A DNA stretch of 64,000 nt from an uncultured Alphaproteobacteria bacterium (GTDB lineage Bacteria > Pseudomonadota > Alphaproteobacteria > Rhizobiales > Xanthobacteraceae), in contig CAWGKJ010000015.1 in assembly GCA_963823115.1 (NCBI GenBank), positions 70,795-134,794 of the forward strand, written 5' to 3'. The translations under genes and the position numbers were made by a program. Positions 41,235 to 53,132 of this stretch are shown here, piece after piece. Below the pieces are notes generated by a model. It was given only the letters and a program-made list of their open reading frames with translations. It ran no database searches and had not been told where the DNA came from. Within the stretch, counting starts at the first letter, position 1. Every line of letters starts with the position of its first letter.

Positions 41235-41629
41235 TGCGGAATTGGCGAACCCGCGTGCTTCTCGCCAAGCCGGGGCTCGATGGTCACGACCAGGGAGCCA
41301 AGGTGGTGGCGCGCGCCTTCAAGGAAGCCGGTTTCGACGTGACCTATACCGGCCTGCGCCAGACCCCCGAGGCGGTGGCCAGCGCCGCCAAGGCTGCGGA
41401 TGCGGATGTCATCGCGCTGTCGTCGATGGCGGGGTCGCATATCTCGTTTTGCGAACGGCTGAAGCCGCTGCTGGAAGACGCGGGGCTCGGCGACCGGCTG
41501 TGGATTATCGGCGGCAACCTCCCCAAAGGCGATCACGCCCGGCTCGCCGAACTGGGCTTCCGCGGCATCTTCCCGTCGAGTTCGCGGCTCGATGACATCG
41601 TCGACTTCGTAAGGAGCAGCCTGCCATGA
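41231..41629 (+). CDS. iaaG: B12-binding small subunit of acyl-CoA mutase
   Basis: KPGLDGHDQGAK (DxHxxG), YTGLRQTPE, IGG. Confidence 0.88.
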   Translation: MMRNWRTRVLLAKPGLDGHDQGAKVVARAFKEAGFDVTYTGLRQTPEAVASAAKAADADVIALSSMAGSHISFCERLKPLLEDAGLGDRLWIIGGNLPKGDHARLAELGFRGIFPSSSRLDDIVDFVRSSLP

Positions 41630-43242
41630 CCGGACGCCCGAGCCCGCCCATCCGTCCGGTCCGCAACGAATTGGGCATCGAGATAAAGCCGGTCTACTAC
41701 CGAGGAGGACGTCCAGCGCACCGGTGGCTTCGGCTTCGTCGGCGAGCCCGGCGACTATCCGTTCGTGCGCGGCATACATCCCCTGATGTATCGGCATCGC
41801 CCTTACACCATGCGGCAGTACACCGGCTTCAGCAACGCTCGCCAAACCAACGAGCGGTTCAAGTACCTGATCGCCAACGGCCAGACCGGGCTCAATGTAG
41901 CCTTCGATCTGCCTACCCAATGCGGACTCGATTCCGACGATCCGCTGGCGGAGGGCGAGGTCGGACGGGTCGGCATGGCGGTCGACACCCTGCGCGATTT
42001 CGAGATTGCCTTCGATGGCATCGACCTCGACAAAATCACGGTGTCGCTGACGATCAACGGCGCCGCGCCGCAGCTGATCGCGATGTATCTGGCGATGGCG
42101 GAGAAGCGCGGCTACGACGTCGCCCGCCTGCGCGGCACCGCGCAGAACGATATCCTCAAGGAGTTCATCGGACGCGGCACCTGGATCTTTCCGGTCGAGC
42201 CGTCGGTGAAGCTGGTCGGCGATACCATCGAGTACTGCGCGCGCCACGCGCCCAAATACAGTCCGGTGTCCGTGTGCGGCTATCACATCCGCGAGTCCGG
42301 GGCCAACCCGGTGCAGGAGATGGCATACGCGTTTTGCATCGCCAGTGCCTATGCCGACGAGGTGCTTGCGCGCGGCATGAACATCGACGATTTCGCCGGC
42401 CGGCTGTCCTTCAACTTCAACGTCTTCGGCAGCATCTTCGAGCAGGTCGCCAAGTTTCGCGCCGGACGCGGTCTGTGGGCCAAGATTATCAAGGAAAAGT
42501 ACAGGGCAGCCAAGCCGGAGTCGGAATGGCTGCGAATGATCGCCGGCGGCGGCGGCGGCGGGCTGACCTTCGAGCAGCCCGAGGTCAATATCGTGCGCGG
42601 CGCCTACTACGCATTGATCGCGGCGCTGGCGGGCGCGCAGACGACGGCGTTATGCTGCTTCGACGAGGCCTACACCATTCCCAGCGAGTATGCGCAGCGG
42701 ATTTCGCTGCGCACCATGCAAATGCTGATCGAGGAAATGGGCCTGGCCGACACGGTCGATCCGATGGGCGGCTCCTGGTACGTCGAGACGCTGACCAACG
42801 AAATGCGCCGCATGATGGAAGACGTCATGCAGGAGGTCGACGAAGCGGGCGGCATCGTGCAAGCTGGTCGCCGAAGGGCATCGTCCAGGACAAGGTTTCG
42901 GAGCAGGCTTACCGGCACCAGCTTGCCGTCGAATCCGGCGCGTTCCGCAAGGTCGGCGTCAACTGCTACCGGCTCCCCGGCGAGGAAGAGGTGGACGTGA
43001 AGATGCACCCCTACGACGAGGCCGAGACGCGCCGCCAGATCGCCTCGCTTGAAGAGGTACGCGCAAGCCGCGACGGCGCCGCCGCGGCGCAAGCGCTGGC
43101 GAAGATCGGCGCTGCCGCGCGCGCCGGAAGCAACGTCATGCCCGCGATCGTCGAGGCCATAAAAGCCTACGCGACGGTCGGCGAGATCACCGGCCAACTC
43201 GCCGCGGTCTATGGCCGCTACCGTGAGCCGGTGCTGCTCTAG
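41626..43242 (+). CDS. iaaH: Methylmalonyl-CoA-mutase-like large subunit, frameshifts at ~41700, ~42860, ~42877
   Basis: TMRQYTGF, AFDLPTQ, GTAQNDILKE, GYHIRESG, DPMGGSWYVE, YATVGEI. Confidence 0.85.
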   Translation: MTGRPSPPIRPVRNELGIEIKPVYYRGGRPAHRWLRLRRRARRLSVRARHTSPDVSASPLHHAAVHRLQQRSPNQRAVQVPDRQRPDRAQCSLRSAYPMRTRFRRSAGGGRGRTGRHGGRHPARFRDCLRWHRPRQNHGVADDQRRRAAADRDVSGDGGEARLRRRPPARHRAERYPQGVHRTRHLDLSGRAVGEAGRRYHRVLRAPRAQIQSGVRVRLSHPRVRGQPGAGDGIRVLHRQCLCRRGACARHEHRRFRRPAVLQLQRLRQHLRAGRQVSRRTRSVGQDYQGKVQGSQAGVGMAANDRRRRRRRADLRAARGQYRARRLLRIDRGAGGRADDGVMLLRRGLHHSQRVCAADFAAHHANADRGNGPGRHGRSDGRLLVRRDADQRNAPHDGRRHAGGRRSGRHRASWSPKGIVQDKVSEQAYRHQLAVESGAFRKVGVNCYRLPGEEEVDVKMHPYDEAETRRQIASLEEVRASRDGAAAAQALAKIGAAARAGSNVMPAIVEAIKAYATVGEITGQLAAVYGRYREPVLL

Positions 43243-43255
43243 CTGGAGGAAAGTG

Positions 43256-44122
43256 ATGTCCGATATCGCGACCTACGCTGCGCCTCGTTCGCTCGACGAA
43301 GCATTCGCGCTGCTGCGTTCCGGCGAAGTCACGATCCTGGCCGGAGGGACCGACCTTATGGCGCAGACACAGTCGGGCAAGTCCAGCTTCAAGCCGACGC
43401 TGATGAACATCCGGCGCGTCCCGGAGCTGTCCGGCATCACGGACGCCAACGGCGTCGTCCGCATCGGCGCTCTCACCACCGTCACCGACCTGCGCGACAG
43501 CGTTATGGTCCGCCAGCGCTTTGGCGCGCTGTGGCAGGCCTGCGATCATTTCGCCAGCGACCAGATCCGCAACGCCGCCACTATCGGCGGCAATATCTGC
43601 AATGCCTCGCCGGCCGGCGATACCCTGGTGCCGCTGCTGGTGCTCGATGCGCGCGTCGTACTGGCCGGCAAGCCCAACGGATCGGTGAGGCGGCGAACGC
43701 TGCCGCTCGCAGAGTTCCTCGTCGGACCGGGGCGCACCGCGCGCGAGCCCACGGAACTGCTTGAAGCGGTCGAAATTCCGGTGCCGGCGGCGGGCTTCAT
43801 CAGTTCGTTCTTCAAGTTCGGCACGCGGCCGGCGCTGGACATCTCGCTGATCTCGATCGGCCTCGGCGCCGTGCGGGATGGCCGCAGGCTGACCGGCGTC
43901 AGGGTCGCGTTCGGGGCGGTGGCGCCGACTGCTATCCGGGCGCCGGCGACCGAGGCGATACTGGAGGGCCGCACCCTCGATGCCGCCACCATTGCTGCCG
44001 CCGCTACTGCCGCGGTCGGAGAAATACATCCCATCGGCGACATTCGCGCCTCGGCCTGGTACCGCCGCGAGCTGGTCGGCAACATGCTACGAAGGATGCT
44101 CAATCATGTCAGCAACGGCTGA
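43256..44122 (+). CDS. iaaI: Xanthine-dehydrogenase-family FAD subunit (IAA dehydrogenase)
   Basis: AGGTDL, QIRNAATIGGNICNASPAGD, DIRASAWYR. Confidence 0.83.
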   Translation: MSDIATYAAPRSLDEAFALLRSGEVTILAGGTDLMAQTQSGKSSFKPTLMNIRRVPELSGITDANGVVRIGALTTVTDLRDSVMVRQRFGALWQACDHFASDQIRNAATIGGNICNASPAGDTLVPLLVLDARVVLAGKPNGSVRRRTLPLAEFLVGPGRTAREPTELLEAVEIPVPAAGFISSFFKFGTRPALDISLISIGLGAVRDGRRLTGVRVAFGAVAPTAIRAPATEAILEGRTLDAATIAAAATAAVGEIHPIGDIRASAWYRRELVGNMLRRMLNHVSNG

Positions 44123-44597
44123 AATTTCGTTCACGCTTAACGGCGTGGTGACCCGCGTCCGGGTGCCCGCGTCCATGAGCGCGCTGGAAATGCTGCGCGA
44201 CCGGCTCGGCCTCACCGGCACCAAATATGGTTGCGGAGAAGGCGAATGCGGCGCGTGCACCATTCAGGTCGATGGCCTGACCGTCAACTCGTGCCTGATG
44301 TTCGCCGTCGATTGCGACGACCGCGAGGTGACCACCATCGAGGGGATTTCAACCACGCCCAACGGCGAAGCCCTCAGGGACGCGTTCACCGCCAAGGGCG
44401 CGGTGCAGTGCGGCTTCTGCACGCCCGGTCTGGTGGTGCAGGCCAACCACGTTCTGGAACGCCATGCCCACGGCAACGGACATGGCCACGCGGGGCCGGA
44501 AGAGATCAAGCGGGGCATCGAAGGCAATCTGTGCCGTTGCACCGGCTACAAGAAAGTGATCGAGGCCATCGCGGCGGTCGACGTGGGCGCCAAATAG
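44106..44597 (+). CDS. iaaJ: Xanthine-dehydrogenase-family [2Fe-2S] subunit
   Basis: GCGEGECGAC, QCGFCTPG, GNLCRCTGY. Confidence 0.85.
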   Translation: MSATAEISFTLNGVVTRVRVPASMSALEMLRDRLGLTGTKYGCGEGECGACTIQVDGLTVNSCLMFAVDCDDREVTTIEGISTTPNGEALRDAFTAKGAVQCGFCTPGLVVQANHVLERHAHGNGHGHAGPEEIKRGIEGNLCRCTGYKKVIEAIAAVDVGAK

Positions 44598-44606
44598 GAG
44601 GTTGAC

Positions 44607-47018
44607 ATGGAGCCGCTGCAAAAGTCCAAGGCGGAGCCTGGCGTCAGGCCCGCCTCCGGCGAGACGCTGATCGGCAAGCGCATCCCGAAAAAGGACGCGC
44701 CTGAAAAGGCCAGCGGCCGCACCCGCTACATCGCCGACATCAACATTTCCGGGCAATTGTACGGAAAGATTCTGCGCTCGACGGAGGTTCATGCCAGGAT
44801 CCGCGCGATCGACGTCAGCGCCGCGCGGGCATTGCCCGGCGTGCATGCGGTCATCACCGCCGCCGACGTGCCATGGCAACGCCCGATCGGCGTCGCCAAG
44901 GACCACCTCCCTCTCAAGTCGGATCGCGTCCGCAGCCCGCGCGACGAAGTAGCCGCGGTGGCCGCCGACAGCGAAGAAATCGCCGAGGCGGCGCTCAAGC
45001 TCATCCGCGTCGATTACGAGCCGCTGCCGATCGTTGCCGATGCCCGAGAGGCGCTGCAGCCGGGGACGCCGCTGTTGCACGGCGAGGATCTGGTGTGGAC
45101 GGGGCCTGACGGCCGCACCGAAGTGCTCCACAAGGCATCGCCGAATAACGTGGCGATGACCTTCGACTATACCCAGGGCGACGTGGCGAAGGGCGAAGCG
45201 GAGTCTGCCGTCGTCATCGAGGACGTGTTCCAGCTTCACTACGTCACCCATTGCTGCATGGGGGTATCCGGCGTGATCGCCGAATTCGACGCCTCGGACA
45301 ATCTGCTGATCTACTCCAACACCCAGGTCCCATTTCTGCACAAACGGGAATTTGCGGAGATGCTGGGCATCGATCCCGGCCGCGTCCGCATTATCCAGCC
45401 TCCGATCGGCGGCGGCTTCGGCTCCAAGCTCGACATATATCCGTTCGAGCCGATCGCCATTTTCCTCGCGCGCGTCACCGGCCGGCCGGTCAAGCTGGTT
45501 TTCACCCGCGAGGAGGAATTCCGCGCTTCGCCAACGCGCCAGCCGGTCTTGCTGAAGCTGCGATCGGGTTGTCGCGAAGATGGCTCGCTGACCTTCCGTT
45601 CGGTGGAGACCGTACACGACAACGGCGCCTACACCTCATGGGGAGCGACCACGCCGTTCGTGATGATGCAGACGTTCTCGTCGCTCTACCGGGTTCCCAA
45701 CTGCGACTACCGCACGCTGGCGGTCTATACCAACAATCCCTATTCCGGCTCGTTCCGCGGCTACGGCAATCTGCAGGCGACCTTCGCCGTCGAGGCCCAC
45801 ATGGACAAGCTGGCCGAGGCCATCGGAATGGACCCGCTGGAGTTTCGTCTCAAGAATGCGCAGGATGCCGGCGAAATCACGCCCCAGGGAATGAATTTCA
45901 AGTCGTGCGGCTTCAAGGACTGTCTGCGCACCGCTGCTGAGCGGAGTGACTATCAGCGGAAACATCGCGCCAATCAGGAGAACTGGAACGACGGTGCGGT
46001 CGTCAAGCGTGGCGTCGGTACGGCGTCGATGCTGCACGTCGGCGGTGGCGCCAAGATCTATCCGTCCGATGGTTGTGGCACCATTCTCAAGATGGACGAT
46101 TTCGCACACCTGACGCTCATTACCGGTGCTTCCGAGATCGGCCAGGGATCGGAAACCGTGCTGGCGATGTTGGTGTGCGAGGAGCTTGGCCTGCCGATGT
46201 CGGCGGTTTCGGTCGTCAACAGCGATACCGATATCACGCCGTGGGACGTCGGCGTCCACGCCTCGCGCACGACTTTCATCGCCGGCAATTCCGCCATCGG
46301 CGCTGCCCGCAAGGCCAAGTCCAAGATACTCGCCACTGCAGCCGCCAAATTGGATCTGCCGCCAGAGACTCTCGATCTGAACGATGGATACGTGATCGCC
46401 AAAGTCGGCGGCGAGCGGCTAATCGAGCTCAGCCGTCTGATCCGCTCGCTCCACTTTTCGGAGAAGGCCGAACTTGTCATGACGACCCACTATTACGAGC
46501 CGCCGAGCCAGCACCAGGACAAGGATTTCAAGGGTGACGTCTCCGCCGCCTATGCGTGGGGGACGCAGGTGGTCGAAATCGAGGTCGACACCGAAACCGG
46601 TATCGTCCGCCTGCTCAATGTCACCGCTGCCCATGATGTTGGCCGGGTACTCAACCGCCTCGGAATCGAAGGACAGATCGAGGGTGGCGTGGTTATGGGA
46701 CAGGGCTATGCGCTCACCGAGGATTTGCTGGTCGAGGACGGTGTGGTCCGCAATCCCAATTTCCGCGACTACAAGCTGGTGACTGCGCCGGAGATACCGC
46801 AAATTGATATTTCCTTCATCGAGTCGATCGACGGCGAAGGGCCCCAGGGCGCCAAGGGGGTCGGCGAGGCGCCAGCGATTTGCGTCGCCGCGGCAGTCGC
46901 CAACGCCATTTACAATGCCACCGGCGTGCGGGTTTACGGCCTGCCTTTCACTCCCGAGAAAGTTTATCGCGCCCTGCACGGGCAGGCGAAGCCACTGACG
47001 TGGGATATCGGCAAATGA
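44607..47018 (+). CDS. iaaK: Xanthine-dehydrogenase-family molybdopterin subunit (IAA to 2-oxo-IAA)
   Basis: GGGFGSK, FRGYG, GQGSET, HASR, GQIEGG, GAKGVGE. Located in the iaa block. Confidence 0.85.
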   Translation: MEPLQKSKAEPGVRPASGETLIGKRIPKKDAPEKASGRTRYIADINISGQLYGKILRSTEVHARIRAIDVSAARALPGVHAVITAADVPWQRPIGVAKDHLPLKSDRVRSPRDEVAAVAADSEEIAEAALKLIRVDYEPLPIVADAREALQPGTPLLHGEDLVWTGPDGRTEVLHKASPNNVAMTFDYTQGDVAKGEAESAVVIEDVFQLHYVTHCCMGVSGVIAEFDASDNLLIYSNTQVPFLHKREFAEMLGIDPGRVRIIQPPIGGGFGSKLDIYPFEPIAIFLARVTGRPVKLVFTREEEFRASPTRQPVLLKLRSGCREDGSLTFRSVETVHDNGAYTSWGATTPFVMMQTFSSLYRVPNCDYRTLAVYTNNPYSGSFRGYGNLQATFAVEAHMDKLAEAIGMDPLEFRLKNAQDAGEITPQGMNFKSCGFKDCLRTAAERSDYQRKHRANQENWNDGAVVKRGVGTASMLHVGGGAKIYPSDGCGTILKMDDFAHLTLITGASEIGQGSETVLAMLVCEELGLPMSAVSVVNSDTDITPWDVGVHASRTTFIAGNSAIGAARKAKSKILATAAAKLDLPPETLDLNDGYVIAKVGGERLIELSRLIRSLHFSEKAELVMTTHYYEPPSQHQDKDFKGDVSAAYAWGTQVVEIEVDTETGIVRLLNVTAAHDVGRVLNRLGIEGQIEGGVVMGQGYALTEDLLVEDGVVRNPNFRDYKLVTAPEIPQIDISFIESIDGEGPQGAKGVGEAPAICVAAAVANAIYNATGVRVYGLPFTPEKVYRALHGQAKPLTWDIGK

Positions 47019-48205
47019 AGAGACGCACCGTCCTCAGCATGGAGCAGGCGCTGTCGCTCCCGTCGGCAACGCTGCGTTTTGCGCAGTTGGGATGGCGGGT
47101 CATCCGCATCGAAGCGACGCCGACGCAGAGCGGCCTGCCGGGCGACCCCAACCGTTATATCGGCGCCCGTATCGCCGACGACGACCGGCGCAGCTACTTC
47201 ATCGCGCCGAATGTCGGCAAGGAAGCGATCGCCCTCAATCTCAAGGACCAGCGCGGCAGGGAGGTGCTTCAGCGCCTGATCCGCGAGCTCGACGTCGATG
47301 TCTTCTGCTGCAACACGGTGCCATCGCGCTACCGTTCGCTCGGCATCGACTACGAGACGCTGGCGGCGGTAAAGCCGGATTTGGTGTGGGCCGGCATATC
47401 GGCCATGGGTCCCGACTACCCGGATGCCGCGGGCTATGATCCGGTGATTCAGGCGATGTGCGGCTACATGGAGGTCACGGGGGATGCCAACGGTCCGCCC
47501 ATGCTCACGGGCATCCCGGTGATCGACCTCAAGGCCGGCGACGAGGTGTATGCCAACGTGCTGCTGGCCCTGCTGGAGCGCCACGAAACGGGGCGCGGCA
47601 AGGCGATCCATGTCTCCATGTTGCAGGCGGCCGCGGCCTGGCTGATCACGGTGCTGCCGCTGATCGATTTCGGCTGCACGCCGGACGAAATCACGCGGGC
47701 GGGCAACGAACATCGCAAGTTCATCCCGAGCAACGTTTATCCGGCCAAGGACGGTTTCGTCTATTTGGCCATCGGCAGCGATGTGCAGTGGAAGCGCCTC
47801 ACAGCCATTCCCAAATTCAGTGTCGTTGCCAATGCCGGCCGGGTCACCAACGAGGGTCGGTATCGGGAGCGCCAGCAGATTCACCGTGACATGGCGGCGG
47901 TGACCTCCGGCGCTACGTCCGACGAAATTCTGGCTGATCTTCGCGCCGCCACCATCCCGGCTACTCGTATCTTCGATATCCGTCAGGTCCGCGAGCTGCC
48001 CCAGCTTCGCGATAAGCTGACCACCACGACGGTGCCGGACGGTCGGCAAATCCACATGCAGCCGTTGGCCGTTGATTATCCCGGCGCCGCGACAGCGATG
48101 AGCTTCCCGCCGAAATATGGCGCGGACACCCGCCGGCTGCTTATCGAGGCCGGTTACGCCGCGACCGATGTGGACGGATTGATCAGCGAGGGCGTGGCAG
48201 CATGA
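47015..48205 (+). CDS. iaaL: Family III (CaiB/BaiF) CoA-transferase
   Basis: VIRIE...[35 protein letters not shown] overlap with the upstream gene. Confidence 0.85.
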   Translation: MKRRTVLSMEQALSLPSATLRFAQLGWRVIRIEATPTQSGLPGDPNRYIGARIADDDRRSYFIAPNVGKEAIALNLKDQRGREVLQRLIRELDVDVFCCNTVPSRYRSLGIDYETLAAVKPDLVWAGISAMGPDYPDAAGYDPVIQAMCGYMEVTGDANGPPMLTGIPVIDLKAGDEVYANVLLALLERHETGRGKAIHVSMLQAAAAWLITVLPLIDFGCTPDEITRAGNEHRKFIPSNVYPAKDGFVYLAIGSDVQWKRLTAIPKFSVVANAGRVTNEGRYRERQQIHRDMAAVTSGATSDEILADLRAATIPATRIFDIRQVRELPQLRDKLTTTTVPDGRQIHMQPLAVDYPGAATAMSFPPKYGADTRRLLIEAGYAATDVDGLISEGVAA

Positions 48206-48723
48206 CCATGGCGTCGTCCTCTCCGCCCTGCTTCGCCGATCGCCTTGTCCGCGACGTCGAACGGGGTGAATGGCGCGATGGCGAGACTCGCTACCTGCTG
48301 CTGCGGCATGATTCGCTGATGGGCATGTTCCGCCGGCTTGCGCCGCGGGTCAGAGGCGAGGCGCTGGCGGCATTGGCGGCTGCGGTCACCGAAGCCGGCG
48401 GACGTTCGGCTGCGCGCTACCGCGCGACGACGCCGGGCGGGTCCGCCGCGCTGCTGGAGGTTATCGCCGAAACCGCGGCTCAGCTCGGCTGGGGCGTTTG
48501 GACGTTCGCGCAGCCGGCCGACGGAGAACTGTGTCTCGATGTCGTCAATAGTCCGTTCGCCAGGGTTTCGGCCCTTCGCCCGAGCCGGTGTGCGCCGCCA
48601 TCACCGGCATGGCGGGCGCCATCGCTGCGACCATCCTGGGACAGCCGGCGGTGGCGGAGGAAACGCGCTGTGTAGCCGCCGGCGCCGAGTCCTGCCGCTT
48701 CGTCGCCCGCGGCCAGCATCTGA
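48202..48723 (+). CDS. Stand-alone V4R-domain protein; apparent compensating indels at ~48561 and ~48711
   Basis: [22 protein letters not shown], then PVCA and [15 protein letters not shown] in a shifted frame. TGA at 48721 is in the original frame. Confidence 0.7.
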
Positions 48724-48744
48724 AATCAGGAGAGGTCACGCTAG

Positions 48745-50776
48745 ATGCAGCCAACAGACGCCGCCGTGCTTCCCGCCAATCCGCTGCTTCTCGGATCAGG
48801 GCGCAGCCTGCCCAAGGAGATCGCCGTGATCGGCGCCGGTACTATCGGCCCCGACATCGCCTACTATCTGAAGAGCGCGATCCCGGATCTAAAGCTGCAC
48901 CTTGTCGATGTCGCGCAATCGGCGCTCGACAACGCGATGCAGCGTTTGGGCGACTACGCCGCCAAGGCTGTCCAGCGCAAGCGCATGACGCAGAGCCAGG
49001 CCGAGGCAATCGTCGCCGGCATCCACCCAACTCTCGACTACGACAGCATCAGCCAGGCGGACTGGATCGTGGAAGCGGTCACGGAGGATCTGGCGCTCAA
49101 GCGCAAGATCTTCGCCCGTATCGAGGCCGTCGTGCGGCCGCATGCGCTGATCACCTCCAACACCAGCTCGCTGCCGGCGGCGCGGATCTTCGCAGACCTG
49201 AACCGCAAGGAGCGGGCGACGGTCACTCACTTTTTCGCGCCAGCGTGGCGCAATCCGATTGTCGAGGTGATCCGCTGGCCCGGCGTCGATCCCGGCGTTG
49301 TCGCACATCTGAATTGGCTGTTCTGTCTGACCGGCAAGGTACCGCTGGTCACCGAAGATGTCCCGTGTTTCATGCTCGACCGCGTCTTCGACAACTGGTG
49401 CAACGAGGCAGCCTTGCTGCTCGACCGCGCCAGCGCCGCCCAGATCGACAGCGTCGCCGGCGAGTTCGTCCATGCCGGGCCGTTCTTTGTGTTGAACCTG
49501 GCGCATGGCAATCCGATCATCATCGAGACCAATACGCTCCAGGCCGACGAGGAAGGCGAGCACTACCGTCCGGCGCCGATCTTCCGCTCGGTGGACAAAT
49601 GGTCCACGGTGGCGCCAGGCCGGACGGTGGAGGTGAAGCCCGCGGTCGCGGCAGAGCTGCGCGACCGCTTGCTCGGCATCCTGGTCTCGCAGACCGTCGA
49701 TATTCTCGACCGCGATATCGGCACGGCCGCCGATCTGGATCTGGGTTGCCGCCTGGCGCTCGGCTTCAAGTCCGGCCCGCTCGATCTCATGCGCGCCGCC
49801 GGGGAGGTGGAGGTGGAGCGCGTGCTGGCGCGTCTGGCGAAGGCGCGGCCCGGGTTGCCACTGCCGCGCCGGCCGATCGCCGCCTACCAGGATTTTCGCC
49901 GCTTCGTGCTGGTCGATCGGATCGACGACGTCGTGGTCGTGACCTTGCGCCGGCCCGAAGCGTTAAACGCCCTGCACGACGGGATCACCGACGAGATCCT
50001 TGGTGTCATTCGCGCCGCCGAGAAAGACAACGGCGTGACTGGCTTTGTCATCACCGGTTATGGCCCGCGTGCGTTTTCCGCCGGCGCCGATATCGGCCGC
50101 TTCCCCGCCGTGCTCGGCGACCCCAAGGCGGCTGCGCAGTACGCCCGCGATTGTTCGCGGCTGCTGGTCCATCTCGACGGGATGACGAAACCGGTCGTGG
50201 CAGCGCTGAACGGAATGGCGCTCGGTGGCGGGCTGGAGCTGGCACTCCGCTGCCACGATATTGTCGCGCTCGGCGATGCATGGATGCAATTGCCGGAGAT
50301 CACTCTCGGCATCGTGCCTGGAATCGGCGCCATGGTGGTGCCTTATCGGCGCTGGCCGGCGGCAGCGCCGGTGTTCCACGGCATGCTGCGCCGGGCCGAG
50401 AAACTGACCGCCGCCAGGGCCGTCGAGATCGGCATGATTGCGGACCTTGCGGACGATTACGCCAACCTGATCGCGCGCGCCGTTCTGCGGGTGAAGGCGC
50501 TGGCGGGAACGGTGCGAGGGACCGCAAAACGGACCCGTCGCCATCGTCGCGCCGCCGCCCGCCGATGCGGTCGCGGCCAGCGGCCAGCGTCTCAGCGGCG
50601 AGGTTGTCGGCATCCTCGATCGGGCGGTCCGTGAGGCCGCGGCAGCGCCCGATCTTAACGCCGCCCTCGAGATTGGATATCGCGCCTTCGCCGCCAGCGC
50701 CTGTACCGCGGCGGCGCGTGAAGGCATCGATGCGTTCCTGCAGCAGCGCACACCGAATTTCGAACGGACGGGATGA
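48745..50776 (+). CDS. iaaP: 3-hydroxyacyl-CoA dehydrogenase / enoyl-CoA hydratase fusion, +1 frameshift at ~50520
   Basis: VIGAGTIG, EAVTEDL..K, SNTSSL, HFF.P, then RPEALNAL, FSAGADI, ALGGGLE and EGIDAFL in the shifted tail. Confidence 0.83.
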
Positions 50777-50854
50777 CAACGGCGGCCGGCGCCACAACCG
50801 GCGCGGACCAAACAGTTCCGTCCAAAAAGGGCGGCAAACAGGAGGAAGAGCATC

Positions 50855-51997
50855 ATGAGGGCAAAACTGATTACCGCCCTGGGGTTGGCGGCGCTGCTTT
50901 ACGGCGGCGGCGCTTCGGCCCAGGAAATCACCATTGGCGTCACCATGGGCACCACCGGCCCCGGCGCGTCGCTGGGCATCAACTACAAGAACGCTTTTCA
51001 GCTGATGCCGAACGCCATCGGCGGCGTTCCGGTCAAATACATCATCCTCGAGGATGGCTCCGATCCGACCGCGGCGGCGAAGAACGCCCGCCAGCTCGTT
51101 ACAGAGAATCATGTCGACGCGCTGATGGGGGCGGTATCGGTGCCCTCGACCACCCAGGTCGCGATGATCGCCAACGAAACCAAGACGCCCTTGATCGCGC
51201 TGGCGCCGGTGGCGCTGCCGCCGCAGGATCTCGGCTGGGTCTTCATCGTGCCGCAGCCGGTGCCGCTCATGATGGGTGCGGTGGTCGACGACATGAAGAC
51301 CAAGTCGATCAAGACCGTCGGCTATATCGGCTTCTCCAATTCCTGGGGCGATCTGGTGCTGAAGGCGCTGAAGCAAAACGGCGATTCTGCCGGCATCACG
51401 ATCGTCGACGAGGAGCGCTACGCCCGCGCCGACACCGGGGTCACCGGCCAGATCGTCAAGCTCCTTGTTGCCAATCCTGACGCCGTCGTGGTGGGTGGCT
51501 CGGGCACGGGCGGCGCGCTGCCGCAAATTGCGCTGCGCGAAAGGGGCTTCAAGGGCCCGATCTACCACAACCACGGCACCGTCAACCGCGAGTTCATCAA
51601 GGTCGGCGGCGCTGCGGTAGAAGGCGCGATAGCGCCCACCGGTCCGCTGATCGTGGCCGAAGAACTGCCCGACAGCCACCCGGTCAAGGCGGTGGCGGTC
51701 GATTTTGACCATCGCTACGAGACAATGTTCGGCGCCGGCAGCCGCAACGCCTTTGCCGGCTACAGCTATGACGGCTTTCTGCTGCTCGCGGCCGCCATTC
51801 CCTCCGCGCTCGCGAAGGCCAAGCCCGGCACGCCAGAATTCCGTGCGGCGCTGCGCGATGCCCTGGAGTCCGGCCGTAGCGTCGTCGGTACCCACGGCGT
51901 CTACACCCAGACGCCTGCGGATCATCTGGGCCTCGACGGTCGCGCCGTCGTTCTCGCCGTGGTCGATCACGGCAATTGGCGTCTGCTGAAGAAGTAG
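50855..51997 (+). CDS. ABC transporter substrate-binding protein (HbaE/IaaM-like)
   Basis: Signal peptide, TGPGASLG, ERYARADT, GTPEFRAALRDALE, DHLGLD. Confidence 0.88.
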   Translation: MRAKLITALGLAALLYGGGASAQEITIGVTMGTTGPGASLGINYKNAFQLMPNAIGGVPVKYIILEDGSDPTAAAKNARQLVTENHVDALMGAVSVPSTTQVAMIANETKTPLIALAPVALPPQDLGWVFIVPQPVPLMMGAVVDDMKTKSIKTVGYIGFSNSWGDLVLKALKQNGDSAGITIVDEERYARADTGVTGQIVKLLVANPDAVVVGGSGTGGALPQIALRERGFKGPIYHNHGTVNREFIKVGGAAVEGAIAPTGPLIVAEELPDSHPVKAVAVDFDHRYETMFGAGSRNAFAGYSYDGFLLLAAAIPSALAKAKPGTPEFRAALRDALESGRSVVGTHGVYTQTPADHLGLDGRAVVLAVVDHGNWRLLKK

Positions 51998-52091
51998 CAG
52001 ACGGAATCGTGAGGGATTCTCTTTGCCCAGAGGCGGCCGCACCTTCGCGTGAGCCGCCCCTGGGGTTCGCTTGGGCCGCAACAGAATTGCC

Positions 52092-53114
52092 ATGAACCTC
52101 GATATCGCAATGTGGCTTTCGCAGGACGCGATCACCAACGGCGCCGTCTATGCGCTTCTGGCGATCGCGCTGGTCCTCGTCTACACCGTGACCCGGATCA
52201 TCTTCGTGCCGCAGGGCGAGTTCATCTCCTTCGCGGCGCTGTCGCTGGCGTCGCTGCAGGCCGGAGAGGTGCCCGGCACGGTGTATCTGCTGATCGCCGG
52301 CGGCGTCCTGGTTGTGGTGACCGACAGCTTCTCCTTGCCAAGGGCGGTGGCGTTGCAGCGTTTGCCTCGATGCCTGCTCCGGCACATGGCGTTGCCGCTT
52401 GCGGCAGGCGGCATCGCCTGGTGTTCGGCCGCGCGGCCCGACAATCTGTGGCTCCAGATCGTAACCACCCTCGTCATCGTCACGCCAATGGGACCCATCG
52501 TCTATCGGCTGGCATTCCAGCCGGTCGCCAATGCCTCGGTGCTGGTTTTGCTGATCGTCGCGGTCGCCGTCCACTATGTGCTCACTGGCATGGGCCTGGT
52601 GTTCTTCGGCGGCGAGGGCCTGCGCAGCAAGCCGTACTCGTCGCTCTCCTTCAAGCTCGGCGTCCTCAACGTCACGGCGCAGAGCCTGCTGATCGTCTTC
52701 GCCAGCATCGCATTGATGGCGGCGCTATGGTTTGTGTTCGAGCGGACGCTCTATGGCAAAGCGCTGCACGCCACCGCGATCAATCGGGTGGGCGCGCAAT
52801 TGATCGGCGTCTCGCCAAGTCTGTCGGGGCGGTTGAGTTTCACGCTCGCCGCCTTCATCGCCGCTATCTCCGGTCTGCTGATCGCGCCGATCACGACCGT
52901 TTATTACGACACCGGCTTCCTGATCAGCCTCAAGGGATTCGTCGGCGCGACCGTCGGTGGCATGGCGAGCTATCCGCTGGCGGCGGTGGGATCGCTGCTG
53001 GTCGGTTTTCTCGAAGCGGGATCGTCGTTCTGGTGGAGCGCCTTCAAGGATTCGATCGTGTTCACCCTGATCGTCCCGGTCTTGTTGTGGCGTTCGCTTG
53101 CTCACACCGCATAG
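52092..53114 (+). CDS. ABC permease, LivH/HbaF-like
   Basis: [39 protein letters not shown]; hydrophobic. Confidence 0.87.
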   Translation: MNLDIAMWLSQDAITNGAVYALLAIALVLVYTVTRIIFVPQGEFISFAALSLASLQAGEVPGTVYLLIAGGVLVVVTDSFSLPRAVALQRLPRCLLRHMALPLAAGGIAWCSAARPDNLWLQIVTTLVIVTPMGPIVYRLAFQPVANASVLVLLIVAVAVHYVLTGMGLVFFGGEGLRSKPYSSLSFKLGVLNVTAQSLLIVFASIALMAALWFVFERTLYGKALHATAINRVGAQLIGVSPSLSGRLSFTLAAFIAAISGLLIAPITTVYYDTGFLISLKGFVGATVGGMASYPLAAVGSLLVGFLEAGSSFWWSAFKDSIVFTLIVPVLLWRSLAHTA

Positions 53115-53132
53115 CGAAAGGGATGAAGGACA

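Noticed and set aside
48588-50858. 756-aa ORF beginning with a V4R C-terminus
   Set aside because: Beyond ~45 codons it is Arg/Pro-rich off-frame translation over iaaP. Only the V4R part is credible.
52026-52064. GC-rich hairpin after the binding-protein gene as a riboswitch or ncRNA
   Set aside because: Imperfect stem with no recognisable aptamer. More likely an ordinary mRNA-stabilising hairpin.
50300-52138. Long antisense ORFs (e.g. 50300-52138, 38377-40257, 58367-60160, 29805-31214)
   Set aside because: They are shadows of GC-rich coding genes on the opposite strand and have no recognisable motifs.
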